A stretch of DNA of 63,916 nucleotides, the filler included, from Octopus bimaculoides (taxonomy: Eukaryota), in assembly GCF_001194135.2 (NCBI RefSeq). It is 8 parts of 8 records of this genome, joined end to end, with 100 filler letters (N's around TTAATTAATTAA, not from the genome) between each part and the next. Parts side by side here need not be neighbours in the genome. Positions count along the whole stretch, not along the records: positions 48,611 to 52,470 come from NC_068983.1; positions 52,571 to 62,015 come from NC_068985.1; positions 62,116 to 63,916 come from NW_026391681.1; 5 more parts are not named here. One strand, 5' to 3'. This document shows positions 49,634-62,859 of this stretch, in pieces. The notes below the pieces were generated by a model. It ran no database searches. It worked only from the letters and a program-made list of their open reading frames with translations, and had not been told where the DNA came from. Position 1 is the stretch's first letter. Every line of letters starts with the position of its first letter. Made by a program: the position numbers and the translations under genes.

Positions 49634-50244
49634 CTGATTAGAGTGGATTTGAAATATCTCAAACACAATTAAAAAAGAATGCCGCTGGAAGATACGAGTT
49701 ATTTATCCTTTGATGAATTTTATCGGAAAGGAAAATTCTTAATATGTTTTGCATAAAAGAATGCAACATTGTTTTCCCTTCAGTAAAGTTTAGACTTGCC
49801 TGATGGGAGTGGAAGGGGCATTGTCATACAATACAGGCGAGGACCCAAGGAGCAGGGCCTGAGCAGCACGAGTTATTACGCCCTTTTCTCTTTGAAATGT
49901 ATTCCCTTCTGACCTTGTGCCCTCTTTTCGAAAAAATTCCTGGAACCACGCCTGCAATATAAACTAGAAAACTTTAAAATCTTCAGAAGTGATGTTATCA
50001 CTTACTTAACATATCTTAAAAACAACAGACCATTCGACTAAAATTCAAATCAATATATTTATTAATGACGTACGTTATTACTGGCAGTATAGTTACAGAC
50101 CGCATGGTCACTGGCCGTAAATTCAATGATTGTATAGCTAGAGGCTGTAAAATACCTGATCATTGACTTCTGTTAAAATTGTATCATGCTGTTAAAACTG
50201 TACCCAAAGAGTAGGCTTCTTCGGAGATGAAAAATACTTCAGAC

Positions 50245-50442
50245 CTGATCAATTGCTGATCCTCTAAAAAGCTTAAAGAAACCCCCATAATTATGAACTA
50301 CCCACATATCTGGGATAATATTAATGCTACATTGACAAACATTCAGAACCGAATTGAAAGAAAAAAACAATCGATAATTTTGATGATGGAGCAGCTGGAG
50401 TAACAATGAAGCAATTGAAAGTTTCCTCACTTGATGTTTTAT
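50245..50442 (-). CDS. Candidate internal exon of the same unidentified gene
   Basis: tttcag|ATA ... CAG|gtctga; 198 nt open, phase 0/0. The acceptor position is uncertain. Confidence 0.25.
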
Positions 50443-50929
50443 CTGAAATTGTTGGCTCCAATGCTACTTCACTTATTATTAAAAGAAATTAAAAACGGAT
50501 ATTTTTTTTTTATTAAAAATTGATTTTTGACTAAAATTTTTGATGGTTGATTTCTTTCTTATTAATTCTGTGAATTCATATGATTTATAGCTAACTAGCA
50601 CTGTTTTCTTGCTAAATTGAAATCGTTAAATATATAAGGGAGGGAGGAAAAAGGAACAAATATTAGGATAAAAATGAATAGAATTTCAAAGAATGCTTGA
50701 CGTTTAGTGAACAAATTTATGAAATTAATGAAATTTATCATTTTTAGTGGAGAAGGACTAAACTATTTGTGAATCCACCAAAATAATACTCAAGAGCATC
50801 AAAAACAAAAACAAAGAACAAAAAAAAAAACGTTTTAATTTCTTAAGCAATAGACCTTTGTAATGTTTGTTTATCTTATAGCAGTTGCTGAGGTCTAATA
50901 TGAAATAATAATGGTTTCTTATTCACGCA

Positions 50930-51085
50930 GAAGGTCAGCATTTTTAAGGAGATGGGGGTTGGTCGGCACCATTGACCCTAGTATTTGCCTAATACTGTAT
51001 CGGCCTGGGAGGGAAGACTAGTGAAGTTAATCTTGATGGGATTTGAACTTAGAGTCAGGAGAAATACGGCCAAACGCTCATACGG
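50930..51085 (-). mobile_element. SINE family B, old diverged copy
   Basis: gggatttgaacttagagtc...aaatacggc plus tail remnants; similarity judged by eye. Confidence 0.45.
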
Positions 51086-51161
51086 TTTTGTCACCTTCTT
51101 GCCTTCTCTAACGTCTATCTATTGTCTGAAATAATGTACTATACAGTGGAAAATGCAATAC

Positions 51162-51276
51162 CTGATATACAAAAAGACGGATGGGCGTAGCTGCGATGCT
51201 TTTTGATTGTTGAGTCAGAGCTGACCACAGGCTGAACAACACCAACGACAGGATATATAATACATAAAAAAAGCAA
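51162..51276 (-). CDS. Candidate exon with hydrophobic (signal-peptide-like) coding potential
   Basis: Acceptor tatttctgcag| and donor CAG|gtattg; 115 nt. Two open frames (CFFYVLYILSLVLFSLWSALTQQ... or LLFLCIIYPVVGVVQP...). Confidence 0.3.
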
Positions 51277-52433
51277 CTGCAGAAATAGTAAAATATGAAA
51301 AACAATATTCTGAACCTTCTCGTATACTAATTTTAGTACATTGTATTCTCTCTGTAGTTAATGTAGTTAGGGGCTCTGCACGCTTAAAAGCAACACTAAC
51401 CGAACAGGTTAGCGAGAAATTACACTTTATGTCAAATGTGTGTATGTATGTCTGTGTGAGTGTGTGTGAATGTCTGTGTGTATGTGAGTGTGTGTATGAT
51501 TGTGTTTATTCATACAAAAGATATATCGTATTTGCCTGCGTATAAGACGTGCTTTTCCGAATTTTCATATGCCCTACATCTAAAGTAGTCGTATTATGCA
51601 TGGGAGTTCGAGTGTCGTAGGAAAGATAGCAGGAGGATCATATGTCCACTTGTTCCAGTAATTATTACTAATTAAAAAATATTGGAACCCAGACAAAATA
51701 TCACAGTTTGTGAGCACAAACTTACTAAAAATTGCTTACTTTACATCGACAGTTATGTGGAGAAATCACACTATCTTATTACATTTCCTTCCCTAGTATA
51801 AGTAACCTTCATCTATTATGTGTCTTACATTATTTAATGACAATGTTACCTTTAAGAAACATTTTAAAATTAGCTAAATAAAAACGTCTCTTAGAAAGAT
51901 GAAAGGAGTGTTAAACTTTTTTTCCGCTTATCAACTATTTGCAGTGAAAAAATGACAACAGAACCAAAGCAGTGATGTAACAGTCAGAGATGGCCGATGG
52001 CGGTACATAAAGCATCACAGCCAGAATTTCTTTTGACCAAAACAACTATACAGTTGGTCTTGAACAATAATAAAATTGAAATATGGTACTCGTATAACAT
52101 AAATTATGATAAATCTATGGATTCATGTTTTACTCCTGTACACCGTCGCAACAGAATCATACTTTTCTCCAACAAAACTATCTAAAAATATCTTTCAATA
52201 AGAGTGTGAGAAACATGCAATTTTTCTCCAGCTTGTCAGACGCCGGCAAATACACTGATATTCAGATAGATATAATTGTCCATCAGTAAACTTATGCATA
52301 CTAACATGTCTGTCTGTATGTCTGTCTACATATCTATTTATGTATGTGTGTGTGTGTGTGTGTATGTTTATATGTATTTATATGTATATGTGTATGTACG
52401 TATATATATACATATATATATGTATATATATAT

Positions 52434-52470
<37 letters not shown>

Positions 52471-52514
52471 NNNNNNNNNNNNNNNNNNNNNNNNNNNNNN
52501 NNNNNNNNNNNNNN

Positions 52515-52526
52515 TTAATTAATTAA
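52515..52526. other. Artificial contig-join linker TTAATTAATTAA
   Basis: 44 N + 12 nt + 44 N. Confidence 0.95.
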
Positions 52527-52849
52527 NNNNNNNNNNNNNNNNNNNNNNNNNNNNNNNNNNNNNNNNNNNNATTATATGATTGAACGCCACGCACCCTCTT
52601 CCACGTAAGTTTTATATATAAACGTATATACGTTGTATATATCTGTGTGTGTGTGTGTGTGTGAGTGTGTGTGTGTGTGTGTGTGTGTATTTATATAGAT
52701 ATAGATATACATACAGGCGCACACGCGCATCAATTGTCGTGCGCACACTAACACCAACTTTGGACACACATATGATCACACAATCGCGCGCACAGACTAA
52801 CACTCTCGCCTCTTTCTTTTTTCTCCCTCTCCCTCTTCCTCTCCCTCTC

Positions 52850-52891
<42 letters not shown>

Positions 52892-54044
52892 GTTTCGCAC
52901 ACACACACAAACACACACACCCAAGACCTAAGAGAAAGGTGAAAAATATGATGTAGGCCAATAATTTCCGCCCTATGTATGTCGAACGCAGCAAAATAAC
53001 GATCAGTGACATTTATTTACTGATCATCTTGCCATTGTAGGTATAAACAGTATCCCACCTTTTTGTGATAATTTAGTAATTATTTCTAGCGTGAAGGGTT
53101 TTCATTGTAGTTGTTATTGTTTAGCCCCTGAACGCCTTCCAAGCGTAAACCATTCTTGTTGCCTATTGTATAGATCACGACTTCAACACACGAGTGCGTC
53201 ACACTTGTGTGTCACATTTGGCTCACATGTGTGCCGCGAGTTTTTGAAGTAGTTACAAAATAGAAAATAGTTAGAAACTAGTTTTTTTATGCACTACTGC
53301 GTCGTAAATGTGCATATATACAACTATCTCGGCTTTCAAATAACTTCGAGAACTGTTTTCCGTAAAATTTACAATATGAAGATGCGCCATAATACTCTTA
53401 CGGTCGCACTGTGTCGTGGAACTAATCATGACAGTAGGGGTGAGTGGAAGTAAATTTGAATGGTAGCTACTCGAGCGACTCTTTTAAGACTTCCTTACCC
53501 GGCCCATATGTGTGTGCGCGCGAGTGTGCGTGTGTAAATGCCCATACATATATATGCACACGTGCACATAGGTTTCCACACAATTTCCGAGTACAAAAGG
53601 TCACTCATTTGGTGGTACTCGATTCGGGGTATTGTAGAAAACACTTGCTCAAGGCATTACGCTGTAAGGATGAACAAATTGACGAGATTGCTTGCGCCTA
53701 AGATTAGAGATCGTACTAAAGCGTTCGAACCTCCGACATTCTGCCTGTAAGCAGACTAATAGCTGTTCCAGCACATCACCATTATGCATATGTATATGTG
53801 ATTTGTAGTCTTTTTATTAAAACTGAAGAGGCTTGAGTTTCCCGCCAGGGCGAACTTCAGGCGAAAGCTCTTTTTAGTTGAAGACTGTAAAGGCGTGAAA
53901 CTCGAGTCACGAGATAAACACTCAACTTCAGTTTTTAAAATCAAAAACAAAATCCCATTCCCACTACTACTTATGTTGAGCACTCCTTTCTCATTCGTGC
54001 AACATAAAGTAACGTATGTACGTGTGTGTGTGTGTGTGTGTGTA

Positions 54045-54365
54045 CATACATGGAGTACTCCGTCGGTTACGACGACGAGGGTTCCAGCTGATCTGATCAA
54101 CGGAATAACTTACTCGTTAAATTAACGTGCAAGTGACTGACCAATCCACAGAAACGTGTACCCCTAACGTAGTTCTCAGGAAGATTCAGTATAACAAGGC
54201 CGGCCTTTTGAAATATAGGTACAAGTCATTCTTGCCAGCTGAATGGACTGGAGCAACATGAAATAAAGTGTCTTGCTCAAGGACACAACGCGTCGCCGGG
54301 AATTGAACTCACGACCTTACAATCGCTAGCCGAATGCCCTAACCACTAAGCCACGCGCCTTCACA
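54045..54365 (-). mobile_element. SINE with family-C 3' tail but a different, CORE-like middle
   Basis: Head gaaggcgcgtggcttagtggttaggg...gagttcaattccc; middle gtgtccttgagcaagacac; tail homologous to about 27105-27290. Confidence 0.8.
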
Positions 54366-54665
54366 ATATATATNNNNNNNNNNNNNNNNNNNNNNNNNNN
54401 NNNNNNNNNNNNNNNNNNNNNNNNNNNNNNNNNNNNNNNNNNNNNNNNNNNNNNNNNNNNNNNNNNNNNNNNNNNNNNNNNNNNNNNNNNNNNNNNNNNN
54501 NNNNNNNNNNNNNNNNNNNNNNNNNNNNNNNNNNNNNNNNNNNNNNNNNNNNNNNNNNNNNNNNNNNNNNNNNNNNNNNNNNNNNNNNNNNNNNNNNNNN
54601 NNNNNNNNNNNNNNNNNNNNNNNNNNNNNNNNNNNNNNNNNNNNNNNNNNNNNNNNNNNNNNNNN

Positions 54666-54714
<49 letters not shown>

Positions 54715-54759
54715 ATGTATATATATATATGTATGTATATACATACATATATATATATG

Positions 54760-56215
54760 ATGGCTGTCCACTCGTGACCGAGCAAAACCATTACTAACCT
54801 TTACACTTGCGGCACTGTTGGTAACTAACGAGCCCTGCTCATGACAAACATACACGACTGCAAACATTGCACACCAAGCTTTCCCCATTTATCATACTAA
54901 CAGTTCGTTTTCGATCAGCGCGCTTAAATTTTTCAAGAAGAATACGTGCTCTGTCAAAGGTATCGACTCCCTCCTTTACCTGTTTCCTCCATCCGTGGCA
55001 ATGACAAGTATTGTTCTCCCAGTCAGCCTTCCGCAATTCGTAGGCCTTTTAAGAGGACTTTACACAGTCCTTAAATCGCAGTCTTGGCTTCTGTTGGGGT
55101 CACTTTCCACTAACAAGTACCCCATACAGCATGTTTAGGGATCTTGTTATCATTCATTCTAACAAGGTGTCCAAGTCCAACGTAACCGGTTTTGTGCACC
55201 ATCACCTCAATACTCAGGATATCGGCTTTCCTCAGAAGCGTTCAAGGACCTTTACATGATGTTTGTAAAGGGTCCACATGAGTAAAGGAGCGATGTCAGT
55301 GCACATGCACGGTACATAGCAATTTTTTAACGCCTTGTAATGCCATGTTGGGACCAGACACGAAATTAAGAGACCTGAAGGAATCCATTGCTCTCTACCA
55401 CCTGAAAGATATTTCATCATCCAAGGAGTAAGAACGGCTGAGTTTGTTGCCCAGGTAGACAAACCTGTCATTGTTCCTTCAACCAAGATAGCTGGTTCCA
55501 CATATGGGCTTCCTGGTGCAGGCTGGAACATTACAACAGTCTTGTCCGGGCTAATGCTGAGTCCAAATATCTTTCAAAGAGCATAAATATGGCTCACAAG
55601 TATTTGCATATCATCTGCTGTATGAGTAAGTCACAGTCATCTGCATATAGGAGGTCACGTATAAGCGACTGAAAAACTTTGTAATTGGCAGCAGGTTAAA
55701 AAGACGGCCAGAAAACCGACACCTAACATATATCCCAGGAGAGTTGTCCACAGCAAAGGCATGAGTAGGAGTAGCAGTAAATACAGAGAAAAGAGATTTA
55801 GGGCAAGGATGTCACCCTGCTTGACACCATTCTCTACAGGAATGGGTCCAGTTTTGCCACCACCAACAGTGACCCAAACCTCTATCCCATCATGAAATGA
55901 TTTGATTATTGATACAAAGTGATTATTGATACATCCAAGTTTGCCAAAATTTTTCCAAACCTCTGTAGTTGCCACACTCTACTCTGGTTCTCTTTCCTTT
56001 ATAGAGAGGAAGAATAATTGCATCCTTCCAGTCCTTAAGCATTGCATCATCCCTCCAGATAACTAAGTTCATGAAAGGACTGTGTGATGTGATCACCACC
56101 AAATTGCAGGACTTCAGCACCATCCTTACCAGGTGCTTTACCAAGATTCAATTTACTTATTGCTGTCATTACCTCATCTATTGAAGGCGTGGAATTTAAG
56201 GAGCTAATGACAGGT
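54760..56215 (-). mobile_element. RTE-clade LINE ORF2 remnant (RT and C-terminus)
   Basis: GKAPGKDG / WKDAII.PLYKGK / SIIKSFHDG / NGVKQGDILA / LLYADD / LSISPDKT / CNVCSRVC motifs. Frameshifts and an internal deletion. Confidence 0.88.
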
Positions 56216-56574
56216 CTTTGTTGCATAGTGTATGTATGTATGTGTATATACACATACATCATATACTGTATACGAATTATTCTATGTGATATTTACATAG
56301 AACTGCTGGTTTAGAGAGAGGAGAAACAACAGCATGCTTGATCCATTGCTGGTTCTCAGTGACTTGTGCTAGTAAAGGAGCAAGTAATCCCCAAACTGTA
56401 GACTTGACAGAAGCACTGTGTAGTTTGCTCTAACAATAGCTATGCGCTGAAGACATTCAATTTAGCACCCCAAATATGGGTACCCGTCTCTCTGACCGAC
56501 CTCGGACGCAAGTCAAAATGACTGAAACAAGTAATAATAAAAAAATTTTAAAAAAGGAACAAGATAAATATTGG

Positions 56575-56715
56575 TTTCAAATTTTGCCACAAGGCCAATA
56601 ATTTCGGGAGATGGAGATAAGTCGATTACATCAACTCCAGTGCTCGCGAAGATGGATGAAATACTGCTAAGCATCTGCCTGGTGTGCTAATGATGCTGCC
56701 AGTTCGCCGCCTTTA
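56575..56715 (-). mobile_element. SINE family B, internally deleted copy
   Basis: Head remnant gaaatactgctaagc...gtgctaa...gccagttcgccgcctt and tail remnant aagtcgattacatc. Confidence 0.6.
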
Positions 56716-56783
56716 GGATAAATATTGGGATAGAAAAGTCGCCTGTTTTTTATTCAAATGTTTTTAACGCAATATTTACACGC

Positions 56784-56819
<36 letters not shown>

Positions 56820-56822
<3 letters not shown>

Positions 56823-57700
56823 GTGAATAAAATTACAACATGGTCTGGTTTTCACGTTTTTTATTATGGTATTCAAAAACATTTTTTTTTTACAATCTTG
56901 AAGTGTGTTAAACATTAAAAACAAATATTTAGTAATGTTTAAAAAGTTCAATTAGCGCTTTCATATGTTCGTAGTAATCATCAGACTTCAAAATATATTG
57001 ACTGACAGTTGAGTTGAGTTCGTGACAACTGGAGTAGAATGACTGACTTATTCCTTTATATACCTTTTAGAAGCTGAATTTTTTGAATACGGTTTTTGAC
57101 CAATCAGCATGCAGCTTAAACGTCACGGTTTGTCGGGCGCACCGACATTACTGGCATAGATCCCGCCTTTGTTTTAGTCAATTAGCTTGCGGTTTACATG
57201 TAATAGTTTTATAAGTGAGCAAAATTAGTTCTTTCAATCGTTTTTATTTCAATCGGTGGGAGTCTTCTGTAATCTGTTTATAGTCTTATGTTAACAATAA
57301 TTTTTAATCCACACCATTAACTGGCTGTTATATTATTGTTTTTATTTCCATTCAAAACAGGTTTGAACATTTTAATGAAACGTTTTTCTTTTATCTTTCT
57401 TCCAAACTCACTTGTGCCATGTAGTTTGCAGAAAGGAAAAATTAGAAACATTTTGTGACCACATGTTTTTATGTGTTCACTCAATGGAATTTGGCGAACA
57501 TTAGTGTTCCGGATTTGTTATCTGTGAACTCGTGAGCGTTCCGATAATACATCCCCTGTCTCGCCAATATATAGTTCCTCGCAATTAGGGCATTTAATGC
57601 AGTAGATCAAATTTTTGCATTTGTGAAAATCTGTTCACTTTTCTGTAATGCAGATATGGACTGCAAACGAAGAAATTTGGTCGTGGAAACCAGACCTTAC
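56820..57700 (-). mobile_element. Penelope-like element 3' end: GIY-YIG endonuclease pseudogene (about 57630-57317) plus 3' UTR ending at a (TA)n tract
   Basis: Minus translation NLIYCIKCPNCEELYIGETGDVLSER.RVHR*QIR...PLSEHI..CG...IFPF..L...RKIKEKRFI..FKPVLN is a PLE GIY-YIG domain with one in-frame stop. Absent from the ORF track. Confidence 0.85.
56948..56992 (-). ncRNA. Degenerate hammerhead relic (HHR-3) in the PLE 3' UTR
   Basis: CUGAUGA...GAAA-GCGC-UA with palindromic AGCGCU stem III, but stems I and II are largely unpaired. Confidence 0.4.
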
Positions 57701-57895
57701 TCAACTGATTTATTCTGTACACATTTACACAAATTCGGAAAATATATGTGGGTGGGGTGTATGTATATGTATGTACATGTATATATATTTATACAGACGT
57801 ATATACATGTATATTTATGTATGTATATGCAAATATATATGCATATTCATTTATAAATATATGTATGTGTGTTTGTGTGTGTGTGCTGGCATATA

Positions 57896-57949
<54 letters not shown>

Positions 57950-59989
57950 GTATGCGCATTCATATGGAGTGTGTACATACATTTATGTATGTGAATATAT
58001 GCATACATCTACATCTATATGCATACCTCCTCCCCCACCCCCACATATATATATATATATACATATACACAAAGAAGATATTAATGCATTCAATATGTAG
58101 AGTATGAGTCAGAGTGCGAGAGGTGAGAAAGAGATAGAGAGAAAGAGAAAGAGAGAGGAGAGTGAGAAGGAGTGGATGTGGGCGTTTAGTCGTGTGTGAG
58201 TATGATTTTAAAATAGGAATTAGAGTAGTTTCATCTACGTGATCCAGAGTTCGATCAATATAAATATTGCATTTCATTCTTCATGGGTCAATAAAATAGA
58301 CCCCAGTTCTTGGGTTCTCGGTTGATAGTATTAAGTTAACCAACTACTTTGTTTTATTTAATCGATAGAAAATCAAGTTCTGGAGTCCCTAAGGTTGTCC
58401 GACCTTTTCTTCTACTTCCATTCTGGTATGTCCTGCTATCATACCGATCTCAAGTTATATCGGTCCATGTTCTCATCTTGGACAGCAATAGTGATGTGAT
58501 GAGGGACGATTAGCTATTTATGTAATTATTGGTCTTCCATACGGCCGTACCTAGACCTGTACTCAAGAGAGGACAGTCCAGTGTCGCTTCATCACATTCC
58601 TCCAACACATACTGAAGTAAGTCTTCTTAAATGAAGGTCCTTGCCTCATCAAACATTCAGAGATCAAACAGATCAAAGTAACTATAATCTCTCTCTTTCA
58701 AAGACGCTGCTGTTGTTTAACCCCAGACCAACCATGATAAAGTAGACATAAACAACCAGAGATGATTGGAAGGAGGTTTGGTTGTTATTTCCAGCGAACC
58801 GAAAAAACTCTCTTATCGGCTCAAGATACAAATTTTTCTTTCTTCCTCAGAATTTTTTTCTTCACAATTCACAATAAAGTGTTGAGTTTTAGTACAAGAA
58901 ATTAAGGTTCGTCATGATGTTACTAAGAGCTATTGATTAAGTGAAAAGGTTTTCATTGTTATTGTATTCGTGCAAGTGGTTCTTCAGTAGAAGCCGACAT
59001 CTAGATACGGCAGTGTCTTGTCTTGTGTATAATGCCTCTGGTAGGGACTGCTGTATTTCCTGCCAGACTCACCTGCGACTATTGACTTCCAGCTGAGTTA
59101 TTTACACAGAGTAAAGTTGTTATCAACAGCATATATGTTTTTACTTTCTCCTTTCCATTCCCACCACCAACCTAAGGACAATTTCTTATTCTTCCTGCTT
59201 CCATTAATCATCTTTTAGAATGGCATCATCTGCTAAATCCACCAGTCCTACGAACGAAAATCACATGATCAGCTGTGGCAGTTGTGTGAGGATGAACACA
59301 AACATTATTCAAAATATTTAGGCATTTAAAATTTAGATAAAACAAATACACGCACACACATACGTAAATATCTACGTGTGTATGTATATACACACAATGT
59401 AAAAACAACCCAGTTCTAAACAGGTAAAAAGCCATCACATGTATCAGAGCATCCGCGATTCCGATCACCTTCCCTCCTGGTTTTTAGAACCTTACACACA
59501 TTCCAAAGTGCCAGTCTTTGTTGTTGGTAGAGGCAAGAAACATTCTCCCTTCTCTGAATATATTTGTTTCAGATGATGTGAAACATTCGATGTGGGTTTA
59601 GACCAATATTTTAACATCTGAGTATTTTTTTCAATTCTCGTCCTATCTTTGCCTCTTCAACAAACCACCTCTTCTTTCAGATTGTTCCTTAGATCTTTTA
59701 GGATTTCAGACGGAAGAAGGAGGAAATTTTTCGCTACGTGTCACGTACTGAATTTAAACGCATAATATTTGCTCTTTTTTGTTCTTTTTTGCATCCTAAC
59801 ACTTTGTCACTCTTACCAGCCTTCATTCGTTCTCCATTGTAGCGAGATGATGAAGCCGCACAACTGGGAGGTGTCCCATGGTTTCCTAGTCATCGGTTTC
59901 TGGCACTGAGGATAATTTTTTCGGGGTTTCCTTGGATCTCCAACAATTGATGTTCGGTACCTATTTCTCAGATTTGCTGGGTTGTTGAT

Positions 59990-60003
59990 GCTGTTGCTAC
60001 TGC

Positions 60004-60065
<62 letters not shown>
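59990..60065. repeat. (GCT)n(GAT)n microsatellite
   Basis: Directly visible. Confidence 0.9.
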
Positions 60066-61377
60066 TTACCACTACTTTTCTCTCTTTCTTCTACCCTGCA
60101 CCACTAATCTAATGACTTTCTTTCCTGCCCCACAACGGGGTACAGCTTTAAAAAAGTCTATAGTCTTTTGGGGTAGGAAATTGATCAAAACTTGTATGTC
60201 TGCCTAAATGTTACCCCACTAAATGTTATTGTGTCATCTTTCCTGTCAATAACTGACCGAAGAGTGTCACAAAAATGACGACAAGCCAAGGTTCCACATG
60301 GCCATCTATGTCCCTAACTGTGACTTTTGTAGTTCATTTCCCCATATATTGACGTTGTAGCCGTTAAGTAGATGAGAGATGTACTCATTTTGCTTGTTAC
60401 CTTCGTCTTCGATCGTAAACACTTATAGTGGAGACATATCTTACATCTGCCATGATTTATTCACACTTTCTTTTGCGACAGAAAAACGTTATGTAATTTC
60501 CCCCTTTTTTATCCGTTCTTCAATATACTCTGAATAGGAGACACTAACCCTTGCAAAATACTTCTTCCGTATACTTTTCTTTTCTGATCAGTCTATATCG
60601 GATTTCTTCCTCTGATTAGCTATGCTAGCTAAACTGCCGCTATTGCTCTTATACTTACGTTATTAGAAATATCCTTTATTCAATTCTAAATATTTGCTAT
60701 GTTCACACATTTAAATCTATTTATTTTCAGTCTTTTTATTTTATTTTTTAACTGTATTATTGTTTTCAGACATTTTTCTTTGGGGGCGTAATCCGTTCTA
60801 CCTCGTCTGTTGCTAGCATCTCTTCCTACTTTCTTAGTCGAAACCATATTAGATTACTATATATAAAAAAAATTCTAATGGTATAAATGCCTAAACGTCA
60901 GGTAATGGGGCGGACGTCTAAACGTACCGAAGTCCTTTCTTTAGAAAACAAAACAAGAAAAACTTGCCCTTCTTCAAATAAATCGTGGTAAATTCCAACT
61001 TTTGGCGGGGTTATATCGTAGAAAACCGTGGGGACAACAACAAATAATAATAATGATAATAAAAATAATAATAATAATAACAATAACAACAACAAAAAAA
61101 GAAAGAAAGAAATTGAAATATCTCTCATCCTGTTGCCTGAATTGGCTCGACTCGATTTCAGAAGCAAACACTACAAGTCCCAACCTATAACACATTTTAT
61201 TTGTCTTAGAATTAACGACGTTTTATATTTAACAGGTTCCTTCTACATTTTAGGAAATGTTATATTACTGACACAGAATAGACATACATACATACATACA
61301 TATATGTATATATACAGACATACATAGAAAATATATTGCATATGCATATATAGTAATACATGCGTATGCATATATAC

Positions 61378-61419
<42 letters not shown>

Positions 61420-61520
61420 GTATGCATGTGTATATACACATATATATATAACGAAGCATTAGCGAAAAGCAGTCTTTAGGTATATATATGCGTGTGTGTG
61501 TTTAGATGCATATATATAGG

Positions 61521-61551
<31 letters not shown>

Positions 61552-62059
61552 ATATGTGTGTGTGTTTGTGAGTGTGTTTGTGTGTGTGTGTAGTCACATG
61601 CATATATATATGCACACATACACACGTACGTATTCCGTGTATATACATACACATACTTATCTGTATCCATCTATCCATCTACCAATCTGTGTATGTGTAT
61701 ATGTGTGTGTGTGTGTGTGCGTGCGTGTGTGTGTGCATATATGTATATATGCATACGCATGTATTACTATATATACATATGCAATATATTTTATATGCGT
61801 GTGATTGTCTTTTACACACACACAGTAGTTTATCTTACACGCAGTCGCACCTTTAATGTTTTCACATCATTGCATGAGAAAAATAAAAACAACAAAAACA
61901 CCAGCAATTTGTGGAATGATAAGCTACAATAAGTAATCATTTCTGGCTCAGACGCAATGCCAAGAATTGTAGTGGGGGGAGCGTGTATAGTTCCCCTTAT
62001 AAGGATCCAGTACATNNNNNNNNNNNNNNNNNNNNNNNNNNNNNNNNNNNNNNNNNNNN

Positions 62060-62071
62060 TTAATTAATTAA
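62060..62071. other. Artificial contig-join linker TTAATTAATTAA
   Basis: 44 N + 12 nt + 44 N. Confidence 0.95.
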
Positions 62072-62149
62072 NNNNNNNNNNNNNNNNNNNNNNNNNNNNN
62101 NNNNNNNNNNNNNNNTGTATGACGTATTAAGTAAATGGCATTATCATCA

Positions 62150-62825
62150 TGATGGCAGGTTGCAACCTAATTTTCTAAACGTAATCAGTGAAGATCCCAC
62201 CACGTCGTCTTAGAAATGGTTGTCCAGTCCTTATGTTTCGGACTTGTCAAAGAGCTGGAAAGCTACTGTGTATACTGTGTATACATGACGTACTCTCTTT
62301 TTACTCTCTTTTACTTGTTTCAGTCATTTGACTGCGGCCATGCTGGAGCACCGCCTGTAGTCGAGCAAATCGACCCCAGGACTTATTCTTTGTAAGCCTA
62401 GTACTTATTCTATTGGTCTCTTTTGCCGAACCGCTAAGTTACGGGGACTTAAACACACCAGCATCGGTTGTCAAGCGATGTTGGGGGGACAAACACAAAC
62501 ACACNNNNNNNNNNNNNNNNNNNNNNNNNNNNNNNNNNNNNNNNNNNNNNNNNNNNNNNNNNNNNNNNNNNNNNNNNNNNNNNNNNNNNNNNNNNNNNNN
62601 NNNNNNNNNNNNNNNNNNNNNNNNNNNNNNNNNNNNNNNNNNNNNNNNNNNNNNNNNNNNNNNNNNNNNNNNNNNNNNNNNNNNNNNNNNNNNNNNNNNN
62701 NNNNNNNNNNNNNNNNNNNNNNNNNNNNNNNNNNNNNNNNNNNNNNNNNNNNNNNNNNNNNNNNNNNNNNNNNNNNNNNNNNNNNNNNNNNNNNNNNNNN
62801 NNNNNNNNNNNNNNNNNNNNNNNNN

Positions 62826-62859
<34 letters not shown>

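Noticed and set aside
49834-49954. Tiny element with imperfect CAGGCG...CGCCTG terminal inverted repeats
   Set aside because: The TIRs are short, there is no clear TSD and it is single copy; could be chance.
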